Assembly (NCBI GenBank): GCA_964589775.1
Contig: CAZPUN010000027.1
Span: 1-32,000 of the forward strand
DNA length: 32,000 nucleotides
Source of the DNA: an uncultured archaeon
Lineage (GTDB): Archaea; Asgardarchaeota; Thorarchaeia; Thorarchaeales; CAZPUN01
Reading direction: 5' to 3'
Part shown: positions 1 through 9,418 of the stretch, piece by piece
Layout: each line of letters starts with the position of its first letter
How positions within the stretch are numbered: position 1 is the first letter of the stretch
The notes under the pieces: model-generated
What the model saw: only the letters and a program-made list of their open reading frames with translations
The model's database searches: none
Told to the model about the DNA's origin: nothing
Position numbers and translations under genes: made by a program

Positions 1-2
1 AT

Positions 3-440
3 CTTGAAGATACGATTATGATTACATTTATGATTTTAGGATTTATTTCTGTTATTTATCCGATTTTCCTTAAATATCTGCCATTAATTAATGGACCACA
101 CGCAGCATTAGCATTCATCAATATTTTGTCTCAAATACTTAATTGTACAATTGTTGGAATTATCTTTGTTTCTACAGTCATAAAGCTCAGAGAATATGAT
201 ATTGGATTTTCTTGGCTTATGATCGATATTGGTTTGTTGATAAATGTAGTATTAGATATGTTTTCAGCTATTTTTGAGTCTAGTGGATTTTTCCTTTTAC
301 GCTCTGGAACCATTCTAGATATGTTATATATATTATCGCTTGCTCATATCTTTCTTGGGGTTCTCTTGATATTTCATTGGCTAATTAGAAAAACAGAATT
401 TTCATCACAAAAAATAATAGAAAAACTATTTTGGAGCTGA
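3..440 (+). CDS. Multi-pass membrane protein, probably 5'-truncated by the window edge
   Basis: The frame is open from position 3 through the ATG at 18 to TGA at 438-440. It has about four hydrophobic segments and no recognisable motif. Confidence 0.6.
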   Translation, partial: LEDTIMITFMILGFISVIYPIFLKYLPLINGPHAALAFINILSQILNCTIVGIIFVSTVIKLREYDIGFSWLMIDIGLLINVVLDMFSAIFESSGFFLLRSGTILDMLYILSLAHIFLGVLLIFHWLIRKTEFSSQKIIEKLFWS

Positions 441-444
441 GGGC

Positions 445-996
445 TTATTCTGTATTATCGCTCTGAAGAAGATCTCCCAAGCTCACTCTTAACGTTGTAA
501 TTGAAGCTATTGCGACTATTATTGCAATTACGGCTTGCATGATATTCATAGGAATTTCTACTAGTGCTGGTGCAATGCCATATAATATTATCTCGTAAAT
601 GAAATATCCTAAGACCATTTCTGTTCCTGCGATCGCAGTTGCTATAACATCGCGTGCCTGAAACTTTTTGTAAATTTTCTTTGGGTTTGCTATATATCCT
701 ACGATAAATCCTTCGAGTCCTTTTATAATAAAGGTTGCTGGTGCATATATTGGTGCTAAAAACATATCACTTATTGTTGAGCCTACAGCACCTGCAATTG
801 CTCCTCCAAGTGGTCCCAAGAGAAATCCTGCCAGCATTACCATTGTATCTCCAAGATTGAAATATCCGTTTGTTGCAGGTATTGGGATTATGAAAAACAT
901 TGTAACTACAGCAACAACTGCTGTAAAAATGGCTGTGACTGAAAAATATATAACTGGATTATCAATCATACGGGTTGATATACTCATTTTAATCAC
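445..996 (-). CDS. ECF transporter substrate-specific (S) component
   Basis: ~180 aa, highly hydrophobic, with the typical S-component stretch IPIPATNGYFNLGD..LLGPLGGAIAGAVGS.ISD..YAPATFIIKGLEG. The substrate cannot be determined. Confidence 0.85.
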   Translation of the reverse strand: MIKMSISTRMIDNPVIYFSVTAIFTAVVAVVTMFFIIPIPATNGYFNLGDTMVMLAGFLLGPLGGAIAGAVGSTISDMFLAPIYAPATFIIKGLEGFIVGYIANPKKIYKKFQARDVIATAIAGTEMVLGYFIYEIILYGIAPALVEIPMNIMQAVIAIIVAIASITTLRVSLGDLLQSDNTE

Positions 997-1014
997 CTCT
1001 ATTTTTCATGCGTG

Positions 1015-3180
1015 TTAAACTCTTACTTTTTCGAATTTAAACATATTTCCTTTGACATGACCGAGATTTATCTTATATATTTTGAATTCATCATCATCAA
1101 AAACCATCTCGCCTATTTCATTAACAATTCTATATGTTTTTGGTACTGCAATTAAGAATTCGTTTGATCTTGAACTATCCTGAACCTCTAAAGTTTTAGT
1201 ATGTTCATTCCAGCATGTGTCTATCATGTCTTTCTGTGCAAAATGTCCATTAGATACTATTACATCAGGTCGGCCACTCTTCTCCTTTAGAATCAACAAT
1301 TTTGCGGAATGCGGCTTTATTTCACACGTAATATGTTCTTTAAAATTCCCCACATATGTCATGTTCCAAAAATCAGAAACATGTACTATGTTCTTTATAT
1401 TTATCTCCTCAAAATCTAATGTAATTGTTTTTATATCGTCTTCAAAATTTAATAATCCTAAGATTGTAATATTTTCTGTCGGTCCAATTTTGAAATAGAA
1501 TATTTCTGGATGATCTTGATTTTTAATAATAGTAGTTGGGTTTGCTTTTATTGGTGGTAGTATGCGTTGTAAAAGATTAATGCGTGTTTTTGAAACTTCT
1601 TCCAAATTGTCACTATCAATTACTAATCCTCCACTAATTGCTACAATTGTAAGCCAGAAAATAACTTCATCATCTGAAAGATCCGAATCCTCTTGGCGAA
1701 CAAGTACACAATCTGGATCATTCAACCACCATGTGTTGTTCAAATAGCATCGAAAAACTGTATTTAATGCGGGTTGATATATGCCACCACCCCAATCTAG
1801 TTTCCATGTTGGTGCAACATCATTTCCAATTCTCATCGCATCGACATACTTTAATGATGTTCCGAGAGGTGCGCCGCAGCCTAAAATTAATGAATTTCCT
1901 ACCGCGCGTCTAATTATTGATAAGGCATTTTGAAAAGCTTTTCCTCTTGGTATTTCTGCATATCTTTTACCTTCTGCCATCGCATGATATAGAAAATCTA
2001 TTTTGAAGTATTCAAATCCATATGATCTAAATCTCGCGAAAGTTTCATATAACCAATTTTGAACTTGCGGATGCGTAAGGTCTAATGCATAAATATTGCT
2101 ATTCCAAAGAGGATTATAACCGACTTTCTTCGGATTTCCTTTAGTATCCTTAATGAACCAGTCATGGTGCTCCTTGAACAATTGTGAATCTTCTATGGCT
2201 ATAAAAGGCGCAATCCAAATTCCTGCCTTATATCCGAATTTGTTTATTTCCTTAACTAAGTTATCCAATCCTTTTGCAAATCGCTCATTTGGTATCCAAT
2301 CTCCTACTGCTACTTGATACCCATCATCGATCTGGATGTATTCGAATGAATCACCAAAATATTTTCTTGAAAATTCTGTATTATTGATTACGTCATCATA
2401 CGATACAAATGTATAGTAATAATACCAAGAACACCATCCAGTTGGGATTCGTGGTAAAATCTTGATTTTGTTTTTTTCTTGTACATATTTTGTATATTCC
2501 TGTAATATTTCTGAAACTTTGCCTATTCGAAAATATATTGCAGGCAATTCTATGTATTTGCTAGGTTCCACTTTGAAATTATCCAAAATAATTTCTGGAA
2601 CAAACTTGGTGTTTTCTATATTAAACTTAAAAATGAAATCCTCAAAAGATGTAAAACCTGATACAATACCATAATTTTCTTTTTCATATATTACAGTATA
2701 CCAATAACTCTCAAATAATGCATTTTTAATTTTCTCGGGTTTCGTTAGGTCCCAAGAACCAAAGCCATTTTTCAAACCCCATAGTGGTTGTTCTGTTTTA
2801 ATATCAAAAATAATTTTCAAATTTTTAAATCTCAAATCGTTTGAGCTTTTATTGTTAATCCTCACTTGTAGTGTCATAAATTTTTGTTGTTCAATGGCAC
2901 TTATTATTAGTGATACATCATAGTCGTCAATGATGTATTTTATTGTCAAATTAATAGAGTCAAAATCTGAATTTAGATTTACATTTAATATGGGGGAATC
3001 TTTTGTTGAGAATGTACCCAAATCCGTGTTAAATAATATATACCCATCAATAAGATACAGCTTTTCTGAAAAGTCTGATATTTCTAAGCAACCTGTATTT
3101 TTGTTTATACTTAATGTCATGATTTTATTGGATATTGAAATGTAATCGTCACTTTCAATGATTTCTATATTTTCACTCAT
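1015..3180 (-). CDS. Glycoside hydrolase family 36 (alpha-galactosidase-like)
   Basis: Motifs PTGWCSWYYY, IQIDDGYQ, GIWIAPF, LDLTHP, YFKIDF (nucleophile Asp), GCGAP, MRIGND (acid/base Asp) and WLNDPDC. Confidence 0.9.
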   Translation of the reverse strand: MSENIEIIESDDYISISNKIMTLSINKNTGCLEISDFSEKLYLIDGYILFNTDLGTFSTKDSPILNVNLNSDFDSINLTIKYIIDDYDVSLIISAIEQQKFMTLQVRINNKSSNDLRFKNLKIIFDIKTEQPLWGLKNGFGSWDLTKPEKIKNALFESYWYTVIYEKENYGIVSGFTSFEDFIFKFNIENTKFVPEIILDNFKVEPSKYIELPAIYFRIGKVSEILQEYTKYVQEKNKIKILPRIPTGWCSWYYYYTFVSYDDVINNTEFSRKYFGDSFEYIQIDDGYQVAVGDWIPNERFAKGLDNLVKEINKFGYKAGIWIAPFIAIEDSQLFKEHHDWFIKDTKGNPKKVGYNPLWNSNIYALDLTHPQVQNWLYETFARFRSYGFEYFKIDFLYHAMAEGKRYAEIPRGKAFQNALSIIRRAVGNSLILGCGAPLGTSLKYVDAMRIGNDVAPTWKLDWGGGIYQPALNTVFRCYLNNTWWLNDPDCVLVRQEDSDLSDDEVIFWLTIVAISGGLVIDSDNLEEVSKTRINLLQRILPPIKANPTTIIKNQDHPEIFYFKIGPTENITILGLLNFEDDIKTITLDFEEINIKNIVHVSDFWNMTYVGNFKEHITCEIKPHSAKLLILKEKSGRPDVIVSNGHFAQKDMIDTCWNEHTKTLEVQDSSRSNEFLIAVPKTYRIVNEIGEMVFDDDEFKIYKINLGHVKGNMFKFEKVRV

Positions 3181-3266
3181 TTATTAGCACCAAATAATCA
3201 GTTATCTACAAAATTATTTTTGGTATTCTCACTTTTATTCATTTTGTACTTATTTTGATTTTTATT

Positions 3267-3917
3267 CTATTTTTGCTTCCGTTTATTTTCGTGGTTATGG
3301 TTATGGTTATGATTATGTGTGTTTTTTGTTTCATCATATGATTTATGTACTTCGCGTCTATTTCGTGCATCCGGTAGCCATGCTTGAGCTCTTCTAGCAA
3401 GGGCTGGATTTAACTGAATTGCCTTCTCTCCATATACTACAGCTTTTTCAAAATCTCCGATTACATAATGTGACCTTGCTTTATTATACCATGCATCTGC
3501 ATATTCGGGATTTACAAGTATTGCATTTGTGTATGCACGGATCGCATTCTCCGTATCGCCTTTTTGTGCAAATGCATTTCCAAGATTATTCCATGCTTCA
3601 GCATCATTTGGATTTAATTCTACAGCATGCTTATAACAATCAATGGCTTTATCATATTGAAATTTATCATAATACAAATTTCCCAAGTTAAACCACATAT
3701 CCGGTATTTTGTCATCGATTTTTAGGGCCTCTTCATAAACCGATATTGCTTCATCGTCTTTTCCCAAATATGTTAGTGTGACAGCTTTGTTGTACCATGC
3801 TTCCATAATTTTTGGATCTTCTTTGATTATTTCATCAAAAAGAGCTAATGCTTCCATATGTTTTCCTTCACCAAGTGCTTTTATGCCGTCTGCAAGAAGT
3901 TTTTTCAAGTCTTTCAT
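3267..3917 (-). CDS. Tetratricopeptide repeat protein with His-Asn C-terminal tail
   Basis: About five TPRs (AWYNKA, MWFNLGN, AWNNLGN, AWYNKA), then the tail THNHNHNHNHEN. Confidence 0.9.
   Translation of the reverse strand: MKDLKKLLADGIKALGEGKHMEALALFDEIIKEDPKIMEAWYNKAVTLTYLGKDDEAISVYEEALKIDDKIPDMWFNLGNLYYDKFQYDKAIDCYKHAVELNPNDAEAWNNLGNAFAQKGDTENAIRAYTNAILVNPEYADAWYNKARSHYVIGDFEKAVVYGEKAIQLNPALARRAQAWLPDARNRREVHKSYDETKNTHNHNHNHNHENKRKQK
3291..3320. repeat. Hexanucleotide tandem repeat (TGGTTA)n encoding a His-Asn run
   Basis: The sequence gtggttatggttatggttatgattatgtgt lies inside the 3' end of the TPR gene. Confidence 0.75.
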
Positions 3918-3943
3918 ATTATCACCAAAAATGATAAAAATTA

Positions 3944-4912
3944 TTAATTTATGAGTTTATGAATTGCATCAATTACTGTCTGTTCTGATGGGTAATATAT
4001 TTTTTCAAGTGGTGGCGAATACGGTACATGTGTGGGATGAGGACCGATTCTAATTGGCGGCGATTTTAAAAATTCAAATCCTCTTTCTACAATTTGTGCT
4101 ATTATTTCTGCTGAGGATCCTGCGGTCAGTTGGTCTTCTGTAAGAACTAATACACGACCTGTTTTTTTGACTGACTCTATAATCAAGTTGGTATCTAATG
4201 GTTTTAGAGTTCTCGGATCAATGACCTCTATATCAATTCCTTCTTTTGACATATTTTCTGCAATTTGAATAGCCTTATGAACCATTTCCATTGTTGCAAT
4301 CAATGTAAGATCTTTACCCTTTCGTTTTATGCTTCCTTTTCCGAATGGAATTTTGTATTCTTCATCTGGAATTTCTGATTCCCTATTGTATAATTGTTTA
4401 TGCTCTATAAAAATCACGGGGCCTTCATGGTTAAGTGCTGTTTTTAATAACCCCTTTGCATCATAAGCATCAGATGGTGCTACAACAGTTAGGCACGGAA
4501 CGTTCATAAACCATGATTCAAAAGTTTGGCTGTGATGGACTCCCCCTGCTGGATATCGTCCTGCGCTCATACGTATTATTATTGGGACGTTAAGATGTGG
4601 TGATAGAAATCCAAGTTTAGCCGCATGATTAACAATTTGGTCCATTGCTAGTGTTATAAAATCTGCAAACATTATCTCTACAACCGGTCTTAACCCTGTT
4701 ATTGCAGCACCTACTGCGACTCCAACAAACGAATTTTCAGATATGGGACAATCTATTACGCGTTCCTCACCGAATTTATTTGCAAGACCTTTTGTAACTC
4801 CAAAAATCGAACCAGAAGTTTGTTCTTCTCCTAATAGTATAATTTTATCATTTTTGCTCATTTCTTCAAAAAGGGCTTCATTGAGAGCTTTGCTCATTGT
4901 TGTCGTATGCAT
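3944..4912 (-). CDS. 2-oxoacid/acetoin dehydrogenase E1 beta subunit (TPP-dependent)
   Basis: Motifs DCPISE, GLRPVVEIMFADF, DQIVN, HHSQ, DAKGLL, IFIEHK, EVIDPRTLKPLD, SVKKTGR. Confidence 0.92.
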   Translation of the reverse strand: MHTTTMSKALNEALFEEMSKNDKIILLGEEQTSGSIFGVTKGLANKFGEERVIDCPISENSFVGVAVGAAITGLRPVVEIMFADFITLAMDQIVNHAAKLGFLSPHLNVPIIIRMSAGRYPAGGVHHSQTFESWFMNVPCLTVVAPSDAYDAKGLLKTALNHEGPVIFIEHKQLYNRESEIPDEEYKIPFGKGSIKRKGKDLTLIATMEMVHKAIQIAENMSKEGIDIEVIDPRTLKPLDTNLIIESVKKTGRVLVLTEDQLTAGSSAEIIAQIVERGFEFLKSPPIRIGPHPTHVPYSPPLEKIYYPSEQTVIDAIHKLIN

Positions 4913-4924
4913 TTATTACCCTCC

Positions 4925-5812
4925 TTAGCATGTTAATACTGAAGGATACGGCGATGCTTTTGCAAAATCAATTGCCTCTTTGATTTCTTTATTTACCTTA
5001 TTTTCAATTATTTTCAATTTTTCTTCATTCTGGATTTTTTTCCTAAGAATTAGTAATGGATCTATTTCATAATTTTCTGAATCATATGTATCTAAGAGTA
5101 TGGTTTCACATTCTATTAATACCGGACGATGTGTTTCGCGAATTTTCTCGATATATTCTTTCGCAACGGCATAAACATGTTCTGCATCGTTTCCGTTGAG
5201 CTTTGTGGTTGTAATACCCATAGCATTAGCTTTATCCCTGATATCTTTACCTGCAGTGACTTTTTCTTGTGGTGTTCCTAAGGCTCGTTTGTTATTTTCA
5301 ACAACGAAGAGGACTGGTAAATTCCATACTGACGCCATGTTCAATGATTCACAAAATGTACCTTGATTGGCAGCTCCATCTCCAAAAAATACCGCTACGA
5401 TATTACCTGTTTTTTGTATCTTCTGAGATAATGCAGCTCCTACTGCTATCGGGATTCCTGCACCTACAATTCCAGTTTCTCCAAGAAATCCTATCTCTGG
5501 ATCTATTAGATGCATGAAGCCTGCGCGACCATGGCCGTATCCATCTTTCTTTCCCATTAGCTCTGCCAACATTAATTTTAGATTTCCACCTTTAGCAATT
5601 AGATGTCCGTGGCCTCGGTGAGTACTCTGTACGAAATCAGTCTTTTTTAAGGCTAAGATAATTCCTGCGGCTACACCTTCTTGACCTGTACATAATAAAG
5701 CTCTTTTTTTCGGTATTAGTCCTTCCTTTTGAAGTTGAACTACAGTCTTCTCAAACTGTCTAATTTTATATGTGACCTCATATAAGTTCAATAAAATGTT
5801 TTGAGTGCTCAT
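4925..5812 (-). CDS. 2-oxoacid/acetoin dehydrogenase E1 alpha-like subunit, atypical (lacks the YRxxGH loop)
   Basis: Motifs GQEG, STHRGHGH, GIVGAGIPIAVGAA and the TPP motif GDGAANQG...ENN. The region after IECET is shortened. Confidence 0.88.
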   Translation of the reverse strand: MSTQNILLNLYEVTYKIRQFEKTVVQLQKEGLIPKKRALLCTGQEGVAAGIILALKKTDFVQSTHRGHGHLIAKGGNLKLMLAELMGKKDGYGHGRAGFMHLIDPEIGFLGETGIVGAGIPIAVGAALSQKIQKTGNIVAVFFGDGAANQGTFCESLNMASVWNLPVLFVVENNKRALGTPQEKVTAGKDIRDKANAMGITTTKLNGNDAEHVYAVAKEYIEKIRETHRPVLIECETILLDTYDSENYEIDPLLILRKKIQNEEKLKIIENKVNKEIKEAIDFAKASPYPSVLTC

Positions 5813-5826
5813 TTCATAAGCACCTC

Positions 5827-7356
5827 TTATATGTTGTATTTTTCTTTCAACTTGTCTGAGAGGCCGTTTGTTACTATTTCTTTGAAGATGTATGCGCTAT
5901 CTCTGAGCCTTCGCTCTTTTGTTTGTAGATCTACTTCTATTAATCCGAACTTCTTTGAAAATCCTTCAGACCATTCATAATTGTCTGTAAGTGCCCAGTG
6001 GAAATAACCACGTACGTCTTTTTTATCTTCATTTATGGCTTTTAGCATTGAATCAATATGGGTGATTATATAATACGGTCTGAGAATATCAAAGGCATCT
6101 GCAATACCGTTCTCTGTGATATACATTGGCAGTCCATATCTAGACACTTGATTTATTACATCTCGCATGCCTTCGGGATATATTTCCCATCCAAAATCTG
6201 TTGTAGTTCTATTTCCTCGTGATTTTGAATTAGGTACACAACTCACTCCAAAGCCTGGTTCAATCTTAAAATCAGTCACTTCTGAAAATGGAATCATAGG
6301 TTCTTCAGAATGACTAACAACAATCCGTGTGTAGTAATTTATGCCAATCCAATCCAATTTGTTCTTGTATTCTGGTATTCGTTCTTCATCAGTGATTTCT
6401 AGATTTACATCTATGTCTATTTCGCCTTTTGTTATTGCAGTCAATAATAAATAATTCCTGATTTCGTTGAAGTGCTCTGCAGCTTGTACGTCTAATTCAT
6501 TTGATGGGTCCAGGGGATATGCAGGTGATATGTTGTGAATTATCCCAATGAATGCTGAGTTTTCACTATCATCATCTGCTTTGACTGTATCCCATTGTTT
6601 TATAGCATTGTATCCATGTACATGTGCCATAATCAAGTTCATTGCTCCGCTCATATATGCATCGGGTCTATTTACACCCGGCGGGAATCCCACTTCTGGC
6701 ATTAAATATCCTGATTCTATTACAATGTATGGTTCATTAAATGTTGACCACATATCTACGATATCGCCTAATTCGCTTGCCATGAACGCTGCATATTTTG
6801 TAAATTCAATGACATTCATACGGTCAATCCAGCCCAATGGGCCTTCCTCTAGGTTGCTGCTACGTGCTGTTATTGGATTATGAATCCAGAGTGGAAGCGT
6901 AAAATGATTTAAATTTACAATTACTTTGAGTCCTTTACTGCGTAAATCCATAATTATGTCTCTATAATGTGATAGTGCTTTATGATTTACGAGTTCTCGT
7001 AATTGCTCGATTGTGTAATCCGTTATCTCAATTTCTGTTATAAAATCCATGTCATTTGTTTCATAATCAACATGAATTTTTCTAGTACTCTCCGGAAAAA
7101 TTCTACTCCATTCAATACCAATTCGATATGCATTCATACCAATTGATTTTGCAAGATCGTGATCATTCCTAAATCTATTCCAATAACCAATTCCATCCTC
7201 AGGAAAATCACCACTGACCATACGATTCTTTATGTTTATCGGGTCTCTTACCCATAAGTACCAATCTGTATTTGTATCATTATTTGGGTCGTTTTTGGAT
7301 TCCATTTCAAACTGGAAACCTGCTTCCGAAGCGCCCCAGAGGAAATTATTATTCAT
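5827..7356 (-). CDS. Glycoside hydrolase family 1 beta-glycosidase (archaeal LacS/CelB-like)
   Basis: Motifs FLWGASEAGFQFEM, YRIGIEWSRIFP, NHFTLPLW, TFNEP (acid/base), ITENG (nucleophile), DNYEW. The start is placed at ATG 7356 behind a GGAG SD-like site, not at 7491. Confidence 0.93.
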   Translation of the reverse strand: MNNNFLWGASEAGFQFEMESKNDPNNDTNTDWYLWVRDPINIKNRMVSGDFPEDGIGYWNRFRNDHDLAKSIGMNAYRIGIEWSRIFPESTRKIHVDYETNDMDFITEIEITDYTIEQLRELVNHKALSHYRDIIMDLRSKGLKVIVNLNHFTLPLWIHNPITARSSNLEEGPLGWIDRMNVIEFTKYAAFMASELGDIVDMWSTFNEPYIVIESGYLMPEVGFPPGVNRPDAYMSGAMNLIMAHVHGYNAIKQWDTVKADDDSENSAFIGIIHNISPAYPLDPSNELDVQAAEHFNEIRNYLLLTAITKGEIDIDVNLEITDEERIPEYKNKLDWIGINYYTRIVVSHSEEPMIPFSEVTDFKIEPGFGVSCVPNSKSRGNRTTTDFGWEIYPEGMRDVINQVSRYGLPMYITENGIADAFDILRPYYIITHIDSMLKAINEDKKDVRGYFHWALTDNYEWSEGFSKKFGLIEVDLQTKERRLRDSAYIFKEIVTNGLSDKLKEKYNI

Positions 7357-7552
7357 GGTATCAACTCCAAGGATATTGTGAAAAAACGTTAAGAAAAATC
7401 TTTCGATATTTTTTAAAATATAAATTAAATATAAATATGCATTAAAAAAAGAAAGAATTGTTTTACGCTTCTGTGCATTTTGAATTCCCATTTTTTATAA
7501 CAAATAATTATAAATAATAGAAAATGTATCAAGAATATAGGTGTTTCAAAAA

Positions 7553-7933
7553 ATGATGATCCCTAAATTCTTGCTACGTAAATTATATGTGAAGGGTAGC
7601 TTGAAAAATATTGATACGTCAGGTGACGGAACTCCCGACAGTGTTTCTTTTCAGATAAAAAACACTCTTGCAAATGGAACCGTAATTGGTGTTGAGTACA
7701 TTAAAATTGATGATTCAGAGATTCCGCTTGATTCAATTGAGGTAATCTTAGATGATAAAACTATAAAATTAAGCGAGGTTACTCCAGAAAATTCATTTCC
7801 TATTAAGGTTCGAGCTACATCTACTTGGATAATAAAGGAAAAAACATTAGATGCGGGAGAACATAAACTCGATATTTCAATAAAGACTAAAGAGGCTGGA
7901 AAGCTAACCTTCGATGTAAAGGATTCAATTTAA
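7553..7933 (+). CDS. Small conserved beta-rich protein (IPxFLLxKLYVKGSLKN family)
   Basis: The N-terminus resembles a small archaeal family I recall near GH1 genes, often auto-annotated as HMG-CoA reductase. It is too short to be that enzyme. AGGTG SD-like site upstream of ATG 7553. Confidence 0.6.
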   Translation: MMIPKFLLRKLYVKGSLKNIDTSGDGTPDSVSFQIKNTLANGTVIGVEYIKIDDSEIPLDSIEVILDDKTIKLSEVTPENSFPIKVRATSTWIIKEKTLDAGEHKLDISIKTKEAGKLTFDVKDSI

Positions 7934-7959
7934 ATTCGTTATTTTTTTATATTTTTAAT

Positions 7960-8415
7960 TTAATGATGGTGCTCGCTCTTACTATGTCCTGCAACTGTTA
8001 ATTTAACAATTTCACAACCTGGCATACTTACAAAGCGTTTTGCCAAGCTTTTTACTTTTTCACTATCGCCTTCGATTGCAATTACCTCAAGGCATCGCTC
8101 GTGATCTATATGAATATGCATTGTTGCCCTAATTATGTCTAGAAAACTATGCTGTATATCATTGACTAAGTCTTGATTTTTCATTTTATGGTGGTTGTAT
8201 ATTAAGGTAATTGTCGCAAATACACGTCCTATCTGTTCGTCTATCCAGAGTTGTTCATTAATAAATTGGCGAATTGCATCACGAACAGCTTCTGATCTTT
8301 TTGTATATCCTTTCTTTCTATAAAATTCATCAAATTGCCTGAGCAAATCCGTTGGAATTGTAATACTTATTCGTTCGAGTTCTTTATCATCCAATTTTTT
8401 CCCAACCACATTCAT
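7960..8415 (-). CDS. nikR: Nickel-responsive regulator NikR
   Basis: Ribbon-helix-helix RISITIP..LL..FD....GY..RSEAVRDAIR, followed by the metal-binding domain YNHH, IQH, HIHIDHERCLEV. Confidence 0.93.
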   Translation of the reverse strand: MNVVGKKLDDKELERISITIPTDLLRQFDEFYRKKGYTKRSEAVRDAIRQFINEQLWIDEQIGRVFATITLIYNHHKMKNQDLVNDIQHSFLDIIRATMHIHIDHERCLEVIAIEGDSEKVKSLAKRFVSMPGCEIVKLTVAGHSKSEHHH

Positions 8416-8545
8416 TGATTTTCCATTTATGACGTATCTAATTAAATGTTATCATTCGCGGACTAGTATCTGAATTTAGAATCGTCAAAAGATTAAAAAA
8501 TCTTATCGCATTATAAAATTATTTATGTATAAGGGGGTGACTGTC

Positions 8546-9280
8546 ATGCAGATTGCAAATTTATTGGGAATTGCATTCGCTTGGTCTTTAATATTTCTAT
8601 TTATAATGCTAAATCTGGTAATTACACTTGGCAAATTAATGTCTGGTAAATTTACAAAATATCTAACAAAAACATTGGATGTAAAACTTCCTGAAGAAAC
8701 ATCACAAGCAAAACGGAGATCAAAAATATACACCATACAATGGATTCTCATAGGATCTATTATATCTTTGATTACTTTGTATGATTCTATTACGGGGAGT
8801 TTCATTATTTCTGTTGATACCTTGATTTCTGCGATTGTTGCGTTTATGACCTATCGAAGTGGTTCTAATTTAAGTTATCGCATTATCGCTTGGAAGCATG
8901 ACCTCAAGGTATTAGAAGCAAATACTGAAGACAGTTTGGTTTTAAAAATCGTATCAAAAGCTGCAAAGTTTGGAATCTCTATATCAGTACTTTTTGCAGT
9001 TGTGTGGTCTTTGTTCTATAAGTTGATTCGACTAAATATTAATCTTGTATTTAGTATGGATCCCTCTCTATTTACGCTTCTCGTCTGGGGTATTGGCATT
9101 TTAATAGGTCTGCCGTTCTCATTATATGTTATTCGATCTTTCCAAAGCATTGCGTTAAAAAGTGAAATCGGGCTAGTTTCATTTTTCCTAATTAAAGAAA
9201 AATATACTAGCGTTCAGAAAAAATCAGAAGAAACCGCAAGAAAAATCATGAGAAAAGCTGGAGATATGTTCGGAGTTTAA
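8546..9280 (+). CDS. Hypothetical multi-pass membrane protein
   Basis: About five hydrophobic segments. GGGGGTGA SD-like site precedes ATG 8546. Confidence 0.7.
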   Translation: MQIANLLGIAFAWSLIFLFIMLNLVITLGKLMSGKFTKYLTKTLDVKLPEETSQAKRRSKIYTIQWILIGSIISLITLYDSITGSFIISVDTLISAIVAFMTYRSGSNLSYRIIAWKHDLKVLEANTEDSLVLKIVSKAAKFGISISVLFAVVWSLFYKLIRLNINLVFSMDPSLFTLLVWGIGILIGLPFSLYVIRSFQSIALKSEIGLVSFFLIKEKYTSVQKKSEETARKIMRKAGDMFGV

Positions 9281-9418
9281 ATAATAGAATAATTTATTTA
9301 CTTTTTTTATTTTTCATTTATTGTAGTTTTGGTAATAAAATTAAAATAAAAATCAATAATATTATTAGTCACACTCGAAATAATATATAACTATAAGATA
9401 AACAGTGGGTATCCCTAT

